From: Octopus vulgaris
Taxonomy: Eukaryota
Direction: 5' to 3'
DNA: 64,000 nt
NCBI GenBank assembly: GCA_951406725.2
Contig: OX597824.1
Span: 18,228,001 to 18,292,000 of the forward strand
This document shows positions 14,252 through 27,492 of the stretch, one piece after another (position 1 is the first letter of the stretch; every line of letters begins with the position of its first letter). The position numbers and the translations under genes are program-made. Below the pieces are notes generated by a model. The model was given only the letters and a program-made list of their open reading frames with translations. It made no database searches and was not told where the DNA came from.

Positions 14252-14709
14252 GAACAATGTTTGGCTATTATTACGGGTTTCTTTTGGGTGTTTTTCTTTT
14301 TTCGGAATACATCATCAATTACTGGGTTCAAACTGTTTCTGGTTCTTCTGTCCGTAGCACGTTGTGCATATCTAGAATGTGAAGACAGGGGCAGAGACAT
14401 TGTTACCAGTGTCCAGATAGAAGTCGTTTACTGCCGAGCAGAATGGAGAACCCGCGTCAAATTTAATTCTGAAGCTTGCACATCATAAATATAGTATGAA
14501 AGTAATCCTTAAAATGAACTTTGATTAATAATATTCATTGCAAGATGAAGCTTTCGGTCGGCGGAAAACCAGACAAATGCAATATGAGCAGGATGGTGTA
14601 TATTTAATAGGCGTATAATATGGAGATGGGTGTTTAGGACTAATATTTCTGGAAGTAGAAATCAGATATTCATACGGGGGAAGGATGCTTATATTATACT
14701 ATTTTCAAG

Positions 14710-14751
<42 letters not shown>

Positions 14752-14765
14752 AGAGATACATAGAG

Positions 14766-14796
<31 letters not shown>

Positions 14797-14819
14797 AAGC
14801 TAGATAGATAGATATATAA

Positions 14820-14855
<36 letters not shown>

Positions 14856-14874
14856 ATAGATACATAGATAGATT

Positions 14875-14910
<36 letters not shown>

Positions 14911-14915
14911 CATAG

Positions 14916-14946
<31 letters not shown>

Positions 14947-14967
14947 GATAGATACATAGATAGATAA

Positions 14968-15008
<41 letters not shown>

Positions 15009-15009
15009 C

Positions 15010-15044
<35 letters not shown>

Positions 15045-15046
15045 TA
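14710..15046. repeat. (GA)n/(GACA)n/(GATA)n compound microsatellite
   Basis: Directly visible. Confidence 0.95.
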
Positions 15047-15127
15047 AATGTACGTGCGGAACGAAAATCATTTAGAAAATGCCTCTTAGATGATACTCGA
15101 TTGCTAGTTTATTCTAATATACATACG

Positions 15128-15181
<54 letters not shown>

Positions 15182-15553
15182 TACACAAGCAAACACATTT
15201 GCCTCTGTCACCCTCCTCTCTCCCTCTCCCTGTTTATGATTTCTGTACGTGTGCATATTTGTAAATGTGTTTCAGCATAGGTCTTAGCATGTGTTTCTGT
15301 GTATGTATGTGTGTTTGTCTGAGTGTGTGTGTGTGTGTGGGTGTGGGCGTGTGCTTGTGTTTATGTATTTGTTCCGGTTTGTTAAAGGGAAAGAAACGCA
15401 GAACGTATCGGTGTTAGTTCATTCTCTGCCAAGGTTTCCGTGGAATTACAAGCTTCATCAAAATTAAGTTTACCTGATACCCTATACAAATACCTACATA
15501 CATTCATACATATATATACATATATATACATATATATATATATATAGATATAT

Positions 15554-15598
<45 letters not shown>

Positions 15599-15683
15599 TG
15601 TATATCATATCATATATATATATATACATATATATATATACATACATATATATATATATATATATACATTATATATATATATA

Positions 15684-15714
<31 letters not shown>

Positions 15715-15737
15715 AGATATAGACATTGATATATATG

Positions 15738-15773
<36 letters not shown>

Positions 15774-16556
15774 GTATGTATATGCAATGATATCTCATTG
15801 GAATTTAAGATACCTACGTTAGATTTACATGTCTTTACATGCTTCTTATTTGTAATGCACTTCTTACAATTTTGTTCTCTCTCTTCTCGGTAGCTTCTCT
15901 TTCATTTCTAATGGCGGCTAACAAAACATATTTCACTGTATTATTTTCTCTAATCACGTCTGCTAGTTTTATAAACATTTACGTTTAAACTTTTCAAATG
16001 ATATAAGTCTTTTCCTTATTTACTCCTTCGCTTTCTTGATTTTGCCTCCTTTTCAGGAATTATTATTATTGTTTGTTTTGTTTTGTTTTTTTCGTGTGTT
16101 TGTTTCCCTTGTTTTACACGTAACTTCTTTGTCTCTGTTCTTCGCTTTTACTGTTTGTTATTTGTTTTAGATGTCTTTTTTTATTCTTCTATCTTTGTCT
16201 TTCATATTTTTCCTTCAAATTTCTATCACTTACGTCTTTCTTTCTGTTGTCTTTACATGTGTTATTTCTTGTTGTTGTTGTTGTTCTTCCTCTTCTTGTT
16301 ATAACTGTTGTCAGCCTCTTGCTATGTGAATTTATTTATAAATTTGTGCAATTTTGACGCGTGCATTATTTTTAACCAACGAACATTGAAATCTCACACG
16401 CACAAACACATAGATATAAAAATAAACATACGCAATGAAACACAGACACACACACACTTACACACACGTATATATACATATATATTTATATATATATATG
16501 TATATATATATATAGGTATGTATATATATATATATGTATATATGTTTATATATATT

Positions 16557-16594
<38 letters not shown>

Positions 16595-16744
16595 CTCATA
16601 CATACACACAAGCATGGCATGTATGCATAAATACATATATACATACATATATAATTATGTGCGTTTATATACACAATTATATAAGTACATATATTTATAC
16701 ATGTCTTGGTGTCTCCATATATATGTATGTTCATATATATATAA

Positions 16745-16783
<39 letters not shown>

Positions 16784-16832
16784 TATATATACACACATAT
16801 ATATGCATATATATATATATATATATACATAT

Positions 16833-16892
<60 letters not shown>

Positions 16893-17055
16893 GTGTATAT
16901 ATATATATATATATACATGTACAGTCACTCCATTTTGCTGCGTTTACCTTCCGTTTTATTCTCATTCTCCCTTTCTGCATCTACATTTATTTTCTTACTT
17001 GCATCTTTCCCTCTTGCCTCCGTCGTTGCCCAATCTACACATTGCCACTCCCCTT

Positions 17056-17089
<34 letters not shown>

Positions 17090-17646
17090 GCACGCACAAA
17101 TGCGCATACACATACATATACATACGTACGTACGCATGTACGTCCACGCACTCGTCATCACTAACACTACGAAACACTCCAAGCTACTTCGACACACTCC
17201 ATTGTCTTATCGTTCAACTGCTTCCCCTCTTCGCAGCCTCTTTTACTAAAACTACCACCACCACCACCACCACCACCACCATACTACTAATACTACTACT
17301 ACTACCACTACTACTACTACTACTACTTCTACCACTCCTCACTCCTTTCCCATCGATTCCTAAACAGCACCACGTATAATTTTCTATTTATCGTGTAATA
17401 CATATTCTTTTCATTTAAGCAAATGTACAAGTATTGTCTTCCGTATATCATTGTCTCTTCGCTCGTCTTTTGTAAATTGTTTTCTAAACTGGCTTCTTTT
17501 GTTATGGCGACGTTAAATTCATTCCACATCGCAGAAACATCAACAATTACAAAATTACATTGAAACAAAAGTTTAGCTATAATTTTCCCTCTGTTTATAT
17601 TTCAACTTCTAAATTTACTTACTGTTATTTATATATTCTACTATGC

Positions 17647-17761
<115 letters not shown>

Positions 17762-17951
17762 CATTATTATTATTATCATTATTATTATTATTATTTTCAC
17801 ATATAATTTTAAGTTATATACTAATTCTTTTATTATGAATATATTTGCTCGTTTGCTTGTTGGATTTTATTAAGGTTTATAACATTATTATGCATAAACT
17901 TATTATTATTTGTTCTTGTTGTTGTTGTTGTTATTATTATTATTATTATTA

Positions 17952-17991
<40 letters not shown>

Positions 17992-19494
17992 CATTATTTA
18001 ACAGCATCATCGATATCATCATCGTCGTCGTCTTTAACGAAGTCGCTTTTGCTTTGTTCTTCCATTATATTGCTGCATTGATGTAGTTCTTACCGTTGTT
18101 CCATGTAGATTATTGCACTCCGTAAACAAATGACCTTCCAAATATATACACAATTTCAAAGTGAAATTATATCAATGAATAAATAAACGCAACAACAAAT
18201 ATAACGCAATGTGTTTTTCCAACAAACATTCTGACATTCACTAACACTTGTCTCAGTTTCCCAACTTCAATTTACACATATATATATATATATATATATA
18301 AATTTATATTATATATATATATATGAATTTATCTTTGTATATATATATATATGTGTGTGTGTGTACGTATATATGCGTACACGTATGACGTGTTTGTAGG
18401 AACAGTATCTTTTATCGTACAATGGAACATTGTTTCTACATCTGAAGAGACATGCTTTTACATGGTTTGTTTATCTGTTCCAAATGAACTATTAGAGACG
18501 ATGTTCGCTAGTAATAAATGCAATAACGACGACAACGACGACGACGACGATGATGATGACGATGATAATGATGATTAGGATTACGATGTTGGGGAAATTG
18601 GCGATTGACATGAGAGTAGAACATAGTTAGAAAACTACTTTATAAGGGGAAGCTAGGACCATTAACGATGGTTCACTAAACTCCCGTGAAGAGGATGTTG
18701 AGAATAGATGGACAACCTCATCATTATCCTACCAACGACAGGCACCAAACTCTTGGTGAACATCTTTATTAAAACCTTCAAATCCCTGCTTAAGACAACA
18801 TTGGGCCTGGAATTGACTAACTTTTCTATATATTTTATCTCTCTTCAATTGTTTCAATACTCTCAGCTGCCATATCGTTGAGATATTCCTGGTTTCTTAC
18901 AGATTTAAGTCACGTAGCGTGTGATAGGGATGAAGGCGGTGATACCTAAATACAAACAACTTTTTGTTTTGTCAAGTTTTCCCATGTAGCATATTTACAC
19001 AGCGTATATGACGTATTTATACATGTGAGGATGAGAATAAGATAAAAGAAATCAGTAACAAGTAACAGGTGTTTGTCTTCAAATTGTTCAGTTTAAATTG
19101 TAAAAATAAACAGAAGTGATTGGATAATCTAATCGTGTCAAAAGAAAAACAAAATTAGAAATTGTGATGTAATATCCTCTCATAAAGTTCTTATTTCCTC
19201 TTGCTAACGATGTCTAATCAAAGATTGCTGATTTCTGATACGAAGATAGATCATTGGCAAAAATTGTCTTTAGGATCTCACAATATAGAAGTATCTATAT
19301 CTAGGAGTGTTTTGATGTTTTATAAGATCCCCACGTCTTTATCTAATCTTACTTGTATTATTTATATGTATCAAAAGAAATAATATTCGCTTACCGATGT
19401 TTTAATTTCGGCCGACAAGTATCCCTCAAATCAAAAATTGTAAGCCGAATGAAGTATATATTCAATGGTGTGGTCACTAATATGTTGGTTTAAA

Positions 19495-19932
19495 GTTTTG
19501 GCACGAGGCTAGCGATTTCGGGTGTGGGGCCAAGTCAACTATATCGACCCCAGTGCTCAAATGGTACCTATTTTATCGAACTCTAACGACTGAAAGGCAA
19601 AGTCGACCCTGGTGGCATTTGAACTCAGAACATCAAGTCGAAAGAAATGTCGCTAAAGTTTTTGTCATGTCCCGTAACGATGTTGCCACTTCGCTGCCTT
19701 GAACAAAATAATAGTAATACTTTCACGTTTTTGACACAAAGCCAGCAATTTTAAGGGCGTGTGTATGACAATTATATCGACTCCATCATCCAACTGATAC
19801 TCATTTTATCGACCCCGAAAGAAGGAAAGGCAAATTCGACCACGGTGGTATTTGAACTCAGAACGTAAATTCAGACGACATACCGCTAAATAGTTTGCCT
19901 AGCATGATAACTATTCTCTCCGCTCACCCCCT
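19495..19932 (-). mobile_element. Two old diverged SINE group A copies (alternative short tail)
   Basis: GAAAGGCAAAGTCGACC..TTTGAACTCAGAAC core present twice, each with its own head. Confidence 0.75.
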
Positions 19933-21497
19933 TAACCAAACATCAACGTTCACTTCCTAAGAGTATTCAATTAACTTTAAAACAATTGCGAATGTCTCAT
20001 CATTATTTTCTGCCCTTGGAATCGATCTTCTTCAATAACAATGACTGTTTGCTCTTACCGTTTTCTATACTATGCCGTGTACTAAATTTAGTTGGCGTAA
20101 AAGTATGACAATTTGAAAACCTGCTGGATTATATGCATACAGTAAATACCAAGAAAATGATTAAAACTCGGTATTAACTAGTAATCTAATCATACAAATG
20201 CATTTAGTATTAAGTTACCTCAGGCGAATGGTCAGATCGAAATAAAGACAAGGAATAAATTTTGAATAAATTCTGAACCGCAGAATCCAAACATCAGCAA
20301 TGTATCTCTGCCACATTCGGAAGCCTCTGTTTATTTTCAGCATTTATTTTATTGTTGGTCAAGCTTGGTGTGTTGAAACCAATGACCAGGAGAATATCAA
20401 TGCGAAAGCCATTCTATTAAATATGGCATTGTAATTTATTGTTATAACAGAATATAAAGGAGCAATTGCCGTTCGAAGATTTAGAGACGTGACAGTTGTA
20501 ATAGAGATAGTGGCGAAGGGTTAGGGAAATATAAAGCGTTCTCACATAAACAGGGCACGAAGGTCAATGGTTTACATTGTAGGCGATATTAGTAACACAC
20601 TAGAGTCAGCAATATGTCGCAGAGCTATCAGCTACCAAGCTACTAGCAATAATACAAATTAGTGAAATGAACCGAATTAACTCGGTGATGCATTCAGCTG
20701 AATAGTATCATCGATAGATTAATGTTTATTTTTGACTGCTGACCTACGTCCGATTGATGAAATGGCCGTTACTGGCTACCAATACGAATGAATAGTACTA
20801 TATGCAATTACTTTTTTTATGGGTGTCCGGACGGATTGTTGACCATGATTTGCATCCAGTTGGTAAATAATTGGATTAGGGGATTAATTCAGTGTTCCCG
20901 ACAGAGACGGACATTAGGCGTTAGGGATTTTCTAAAGTCGCTTTCATAGCGTCCACTGTCTGAAAGAAAAATAGCCTGTTCAACAAAGCGAATAATGTCA
21001 AATGACTGTGTGTGTTTAGTGCCAACGCTATCACCATATTCTTTACTACTAATTGAATCAAGAGTCCAAGAGTGTAAAAGTCTCCATTAATCATTATTCT
21101 ATGGTGTTCGACTTTATTATAACGTTCTTATTTAGTCCTCAGATTCGTTAATGAACTTCTATATGAGTAATTTAGTAGCTTCGCACGAATTCACTTTGAC
21201 TCCTCTTACAATTCGCTCGCTGATATTACAGCAAATTCGAAATTTGACAGTGAAAGTAATGAAAGGTAGTTTATTAATGATATGAATATGTATTTTAATG
21301 CATTAATTGCATGTTTTGTGTATTTTAATTACTACTTAGAACATAATTTTTAAACAATAAATTATATATAAGAAGACGCTGGATTGACAGAATTACTAAG
21401 CAGTGAATGGAATTCATTTCGATATTTATTTATTCATAACCGTTTATTATAGGAAAATGTATAAAGTTGCTTTTGTAAATTTTATCTTTTATATATC

Positions 21498-21652
<155 letters not shown>

Positions 21653-21653
21653 C

Positions 21654-21684
<31 letters not shown>

Positions 21685-21687
21685 TAC

Positions 21688-21788
<101 letters not shown>

Positions 21789-22120
21789 CACCATTATCTC
21801 TTATAACCTCAATTTCTCGCTATATACATATACATACATATATATTTATATATATTTTAATTACTACATACAGCTTCTTGTATGATAATAAATTATAGAT
21901 AAGAATGCGGTGGGTTGGCAGAATCGGTAAGCAGTGGGGAAATAATATGTTGTTAAATTGAAGTTCAAATTTATTCAATAGTGACAAACACTTTTATACT
22001 TTCGTATTCTATTGAAAGAAATATACAGCAAAATATTGACCCTATCTACCATAACACTGCTCCGCCTTCAAAATCCTGAGCATTTTAGAAACCCTTAGCT
22101 ATAACAAACGGCGCGGTTAA

Positions 22121-22904
22121 GGCTGTGAGCTGGCAGAAACGTTAGGGCGCCGAGCGAAATGCTTAACGGTATTTCGTCTACCGTTACGTTCTGAGTTCAA
22201 ATTCAGCCGAGGTCAGCTTTGACTTTCATCCTTTCGGGTTCGATTAAATAAGTACCAGTTACGCACTAGGGTCGATGTAATCGACTTAATACCTATGTCT
22301 GTCCTTGTTTGTCCACTCTGTGTTTAGCCAATTGTGGGTAGTAAAAGAAATAGGTATTTCGTCTGCCGCTACGTTCTGAGTTCAAATTCCGCCGAGGTCG
22401 ACTTTACCTTAAATCCTTTCGGGGTCGATAAATTAAGTACCAGTTACGTACTGGGGTCGATGTAATCGACGTAATCCGTTTGTCTGTCCTTGTTTGTCCA
22501 CTCTGTTTTTAGCCCCTTGTGGGTAGTAAAGAAATAGGTATTTCGTCTGCCGTTACGTTCTGAGTTCAAATTCCGCCGAGGTCGACTTTACCTTTAATCC
22601 TTTCGGGATCGATAAATTAAGTACCAGTGACACACTGGGGTCGATGTAATCGACTTAATCCGTTTGTCCGTCTTTGTTTGTCCTCTCTGTGTTTAGCCCC
22701 TTGTGGTTAGTAAAGAAATAGGTATTTCGTCTGCCGTTACGTTCTGAGTTCAAATTCCGCCGAGGTCGATTTTGACTTTCATCCTTTCGGAGTCGATAAA
22801 TAAAGTACCAGTTACGTACTGGAGTCGATGTAATCGACTTAATCCCTTTGTCTTTCCTTGTTTGTCCCCTCTATGTTTAGCCCCTTGTGGGCAATAAAGA
22901 AATA
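22121..22904 (+). mobile_element. SINE group A tetramer (head 22121-22167 + four ~184-bp units)
   Basis: Junctions AAAGAAATA/GGTATTTCGTCTGCC after 22352, 22536 and 22720; candidate TSD TATAACAAA at 22100-22108 and 22905-22913. Confidence 0.92.
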
Positions 22905-22920
22905 TATAACAAAAGAATCT

Positions 22921-23070
22921 CTATGTTCTGAGTTCAAATCTCACGGAAGTCAAATTTGCTTTTCATACCACTCTAGGATCGATAAAATAAAGTACAATTT
23001 AGTATTGAAATCGATATAAACCCTGATCCCTCAAAATCGCTAGACACTTTCCTCTTTTAGAAACAATAAT
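22921..23070 (+). mobile_element. Old head-less SINE group A body
   Basis: GTTCTGAGTTCAAATC..GATCGATAAAATAAAGTAC, diverged. Confidence 0.6.
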
Positions 23071-23094
23071 TAATGGTGATAATTTTTTTCTATT

Positions 23095-23642
23095 ATAAGC
23101 ACATGATTTGACATTTGTCAGAGGAGTGTGGGCTTAAACTGGTACTTATTTCATCAGCCCGAAAGGATTAAATGAAAAGTCAACCTTTGGAGGATTCGAA
23201 CTTAGAACGTAAAGCCGGAAGAAATATCTATTTCTTTACTACCCACAAGGGGCTAAACACAGAGAGGACAAACAAGGACAGACAAACGGGTTAAGTCAAT
23301 TTCATCGACCCCGGTGCGTAACTGGTACTTATTTAATCGACCCCGAAAGGATGAAAGGCCAAGTCGACCTCGGCGGAATTTGAACTAAGAACGTAACAGA
23401 AGACGAAATACCTATTTCTTTACTACCCACAGGGGGCTAAACACAGAGAGGACAAACAAGGACAGACAAACGGGTTAAGTCGATTTCATCGACCCCGGTG
23501 CGTAACTGGTACTTATTTAATCGACCACGAAAGGATGAAAGGCAAAGTCGACCTCGGCGGAATTTGAACTCACAACGTAATGGCAGACGAAATAGCGCTA
23601 TGCCTTTCGCCCGACGTACTAACGATTCTGCCAGCTCGCCGC
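23095..23642 (-). mobile_element. SINE group A dimer (23229-23642) joined at the standard junction position to an old diverged body (23095-23228)
   Basis: Plus strand reads ..GCCGGAAGAAATATC-TATTTCTTTAC.. and ..GAAATACC-TATTTCTTTAC.. Confidence 0.85.
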
Positions 23643-23664
23643 ATTCCACTTAATAATGATGGAT

Positions 23665-23872
23665 TCAAGTTTTGATACAAAGCCAGTAATTTGGGAAAGC
23701 ATGTAAGTCGATTACATTGCCCCCAGTAATCAACTGGTACCTATTTCATCGATTCCAAAAGGACGAAAGGCTAAGTGAACCTTAGCAGAATTTGAAATCA
23801 GAACGTGAAGCCGGAAGAAATGTTGCTAAGCATTTTGTCCGGCGTGCCAACGATTCTTCCAGTATCCAGCCT
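23665..23872 (-). mobile_element. Old SINE group A copy (alternative tail)
   Basis: Diverged core and head. Confidence 0.7.
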
Positions 23873-23896
23873 TATAATTAGTAATTATTTCTGCGA

Positions 23897-24284
23897 TACT
23901 CTTTACTTGTTTCAGTCATTTGATTGCGGTCTTGCTAGAGCACCGCCTTTAGTCGAGTAAATCGACCCCATGACGTATTCTTTGTAAGCCTAGTACTTAG
24001 TTTATCGGTCTCTTTTGCCGAACCGCTAAGTTACAGGGACGTAAACACGCCAACATCTGTTGTCAAGCGATGTTGGGGGGACAAACACAGACACACAAAC
24101 ATATATATGTATATATATACATATATACGACGGGCGTCTTTCAGTTTCCTTCTACCAAATTGACTCACAAGGATTTGGTCAGCTCGAGGTTATAGTAGAA
24201 GACACTTGCCCAAGGTGCCACGCAGTGGGAATGAACCCGGAACCATGTGGTTGGTAAGCAAGCTACACAGCCGCTCCTGCACCT
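23897..24284 (-). mobile_element. SINE group B
   Basis: Homologous to 12706-13124. Confidence 0.9.
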
Positions 24285-24754
24285 GGGTAAAAAAGAAAAA
24301 AAATATTTTTCTGGGAATGAATTACGATTTATAACATTGCTACTATGGGAAATTATTACTCTGCTTAACGAGTTTTCGTTTTACGAGTGACATCCAGAAA
24401 CAAATTAACTCGTATATCGAGACATTACTTTGCACATTTGATAATGCTATCCAGAGATCTCTGCTAGTAGGGGAAATATAGATGGTCATGGATTAATTCT
24501 ACTTGTACGTGTGTCTGCTCGATCAGGTTTGACCTGGGGCTATACATTAACAACTGCACGTTAAACCTACCACACAAGTTCCATATTGACACGCCTTCAA
24601 GTTTTTTAAAAAATCATCCATACTTAGAGAAGTAGATACTGGATAAGGTTATCGAGTTCATAGCTCATAGTAACGAACAAAATGAAGGATCATCGTAGGT
24701 ATGTCTTTGAGCATGGAACTGCTTGATCAGGATGACGAGGAACTAAGCAATTAT

Positions 24755-24814
<60 letters not shown>

Positions 24815-24816
<2 letters not shown>

Positions 24817-25305
24817 TACTTCATCGAATTGACCATAAAGGTCGTACACAGACAAAGGTAGCTGCGGGCTGGACAAAGACATTAATGTGTATGAAAACGA
24901 CAAAGATGGGGAAAAATAATAATAATAATAATAATAATGGGAGGGGCACTGGCGCCCGCCAACCGATAACCCCTCGAAATCAATTCAATTTAAATCAATA
25001 TATATCAAAATTATAATCACAAAAATTCAAACATTACAATTACAAAAATATATTTTTCATTATTCTTCGTCTTCCTCATCCGGGCCCCCAGTAAGTAAGT
25101 TTTCTGCCGCCTGCAGGGAAGCCTGCATCGTCAGGCCCGGACCGAGGGAAACAAAATCTTCTTTGTTACAGGTCTTCCTGACCTCAATCAGTTCTTTCTG
25201 ATTTATGACCCCCGCAGCCACCTGCGGAGGCCAACTTGGACAGTCTATACAGGTCGAGTCGTATCGCTTTCGGTCTAGTGGACTGTCCAAGTATAACTCA
25301 ACAGG
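24815..25305 (-). mobile_element. 5'-truncated non-LTR retroelement-like fragment embedded in (CTA)n
   Basis: Open frame from the truncation point to a stop at 25060 (..GGPDEEDEE), T-rich 3'UTR, terminal hairpin GACC-TTTAT-GGTC, (CTA)n on both flanks. Confidence 0.6.
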
Positions 25306-25508
25306 CTACTACTGCTACTACTACAAATACAAACACTGCTTCATGTAGGGGCCTGCATTTCAGTCTCCAGTCAGGCAAAGGCTTGTTATCACCATAGATT
25401 GCCCAAAATCCTTAGTCCGACCAGCTGTGTGCCATCAACAGTATATCTCGCAATCCAAACGGAACAAGTCTACTGCTACATTTCTTTCCTAAAATGGTCT
25501 GATGTTGT

Positions 25509-25880
25509 ATTTTCTGCTGTTGCTGTTGAGCGAAGCAGTCTTCGTCCCAGTGGGAGAAGTCCGAAACGTGGTCCTTTGCAATTCGTGAGACCCGCAGAAG
25601 AGAAAGCAGGTCAACCCCCGACACCGAGAGCATCGACGGATGGCTGAATGAGCATCCAGGCTCAGCGGTTGCGTAGGAAGTCGGGGACAAGAAACAGGAA
25701 GAAAGAGTGAGAGAAAGTTGTGGTGAAAGAGTACAGCAGGGATCACCACCATCCCCTGCCGGAGCCTCGTGGAGCATAGGTGTTTTCGCTCAATAAACAC
25801 ACACAACGCCCGGTCTGGGAATAGAAACCGCGATCCTAGGACCGCGAGCCCGCTGCCCTAACCACTGGGCCATTGCGCCT
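25509..25880 (-). mobile_element. SINE group C, tail type 1, with 11-bp TSD
   Basis: TCTGATGTTGT at 25498-25508 and 25880-25890; homologous to 820-1200. Confidence 0.9.
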
Positions 25881-26217
25881 CTGATGTTGTGAGTGGAACA
25901 GTAAGGTCAGTAGAGTACTAGTCCCTCTACGTTCTAGTTTATCTGGTCATAAGTACAAGATGTTTCTTCTTTTTAACTATCTTACGAACAACTGTTTCAG
26001 TTTTGTCATTAGAGGTGCAGTGAATCAGTGACAGACCCGGAGGACACATGTAAGCAATTACTCGATTTTTCACTAATTGCCGTATAAAATGTAAACAAAA
26101 TAAATCAATAAATATTTTGTCACCAATTCATATTCGTTAGACGCCATAAATATATTATAAACATATATTACTGTCTCGTGAAAGTAGGGGCATTTTTATT
26201 AAAGGATATCAAATAAT

Positions 26218-26620
26218 AGGTGCAGGGGTGGCTGTGTGGTAAGTAGCTTGCTAACCAACCACATGGTTCCGGGTTCAGTCCCACTGTGTGGCACCTTGGG
26301 CAAGTGTCTTCTACAATAGCCTCGGGCCGACCAAAGCCTTGTGAGCGGATTTGGTAGACGGAAACTGAAAGAAGCCCGTCGTATATATGTATATATATAT
26401 GAGTGTGTGTGTGTCTGTGTTTGTCCCCCTAGCATTGCTTGACAACTGATGCTGGTGTGTTTATGTCCCCGTTACTTAGCGGTTCGGCAAAAGAGACCGA
26501 TAGAATTAAGTACTGGGCTTACAAAAGAATAAGTCCCGGGATCGAGTTGCTCGATTAAAGGCGGTGCTCCAGCATGGCCGCAGTCAAATGACTGAAACAA
26601 GTAAAAGAGTAAAAGAGTAA
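26218..26620 (+). mobile_element. SINE group B
   Basis: Full-length copy with (GTAAAAGA) repeated tail. Confidence 0.9.
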
Positions 26621-26874
26621 TAGTTGTAGTTAAAAAAAGAAAAAAAACTAGGGTGTAGTGAGTAACAAAATATTATACGTAACTCGTAGGTTCATCGATA
26701 AGTTAAGAACACCCCGCCCCTTTTATCTCTGAAGAGACAGTTGTCAAAAGAATCTTTTTGGTGGTGTTACATATGAGACATTTTTTTCTAAAGAGATGGT
26801 CATCTTTGGAGTCCAATAACCGAATGCAGCCATGTGATATGTATTTATGAGTAACTATACTGAGCTTACTCTCT

Positions 26875-27278
26875 CTCTTTACTCTTTTACTTGTTTCAGT
26901 CATTTGACTGCAGCCATGCTGGAGCACCGCCTTTTCAGTCGAGCAAATCGACCCCAGGACTTGTTCTTTGGAAGCCTAGTACTTATTCTATCGGTCTCTT
27001 TCGCCGAACCGCTAGGTTACGTGGACGTAAACACACTGGCATCAGTTGTCAAGCGATATTGGGGGACAAACACAGACACACAAACCCATACACACATACA
27101 TACATATATCCATATATACGACGGGCTTCTTTCATTTTCCATCTACCAAATCCACTCATAAGGCTTTGAACGGCCCGAGGCTATAGTAGAAGACACTTGC
27201 CCAAGATGACACACAGTGGAACTGAATCCGGAACCATGTGGCTGGTAAGCAAGCTACTTCCCAAACAGCCACTCCTGT
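26875..27278 (-). mobile_element. SINE group B
   Basis: Full-length copy, inverted relative to 26218-26620. Confidence 0.9.
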
Positions 27279-27492
27279 CTTTCTTTTTCTAAGACACCAG
27301 GTGTGTTTAAAAAGTGATATGACTGCTATACTTAGCAGCTTATGTGTCTAAGTAGGGTATCTATTTATTTGTAATGTGCTGATAACCAAGTATTTTGTCA
27401 GAGCAGAGGATATATTTTAGAAATTAAGAACGACACAAGATATTCTATTATTCGAAAAGTTATCATTGTGTCGTTAATATCAACTGATTTAG

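Noticed and set aside
18401-18465. Possible small exon (TTTGTAG acceptor, GTTTGT donor)
   Set aside because: Weak signals, peptide unrecognised, no partner exons; needs RNA-seq.
22121-22904. Regular ~184-bp repeats as a CRISPR array or hammerhead retrozyme
   Set aside because: No unique spacers, eukaryotic context, and no CTGANGA/GAAA core found in the unit on either strand.
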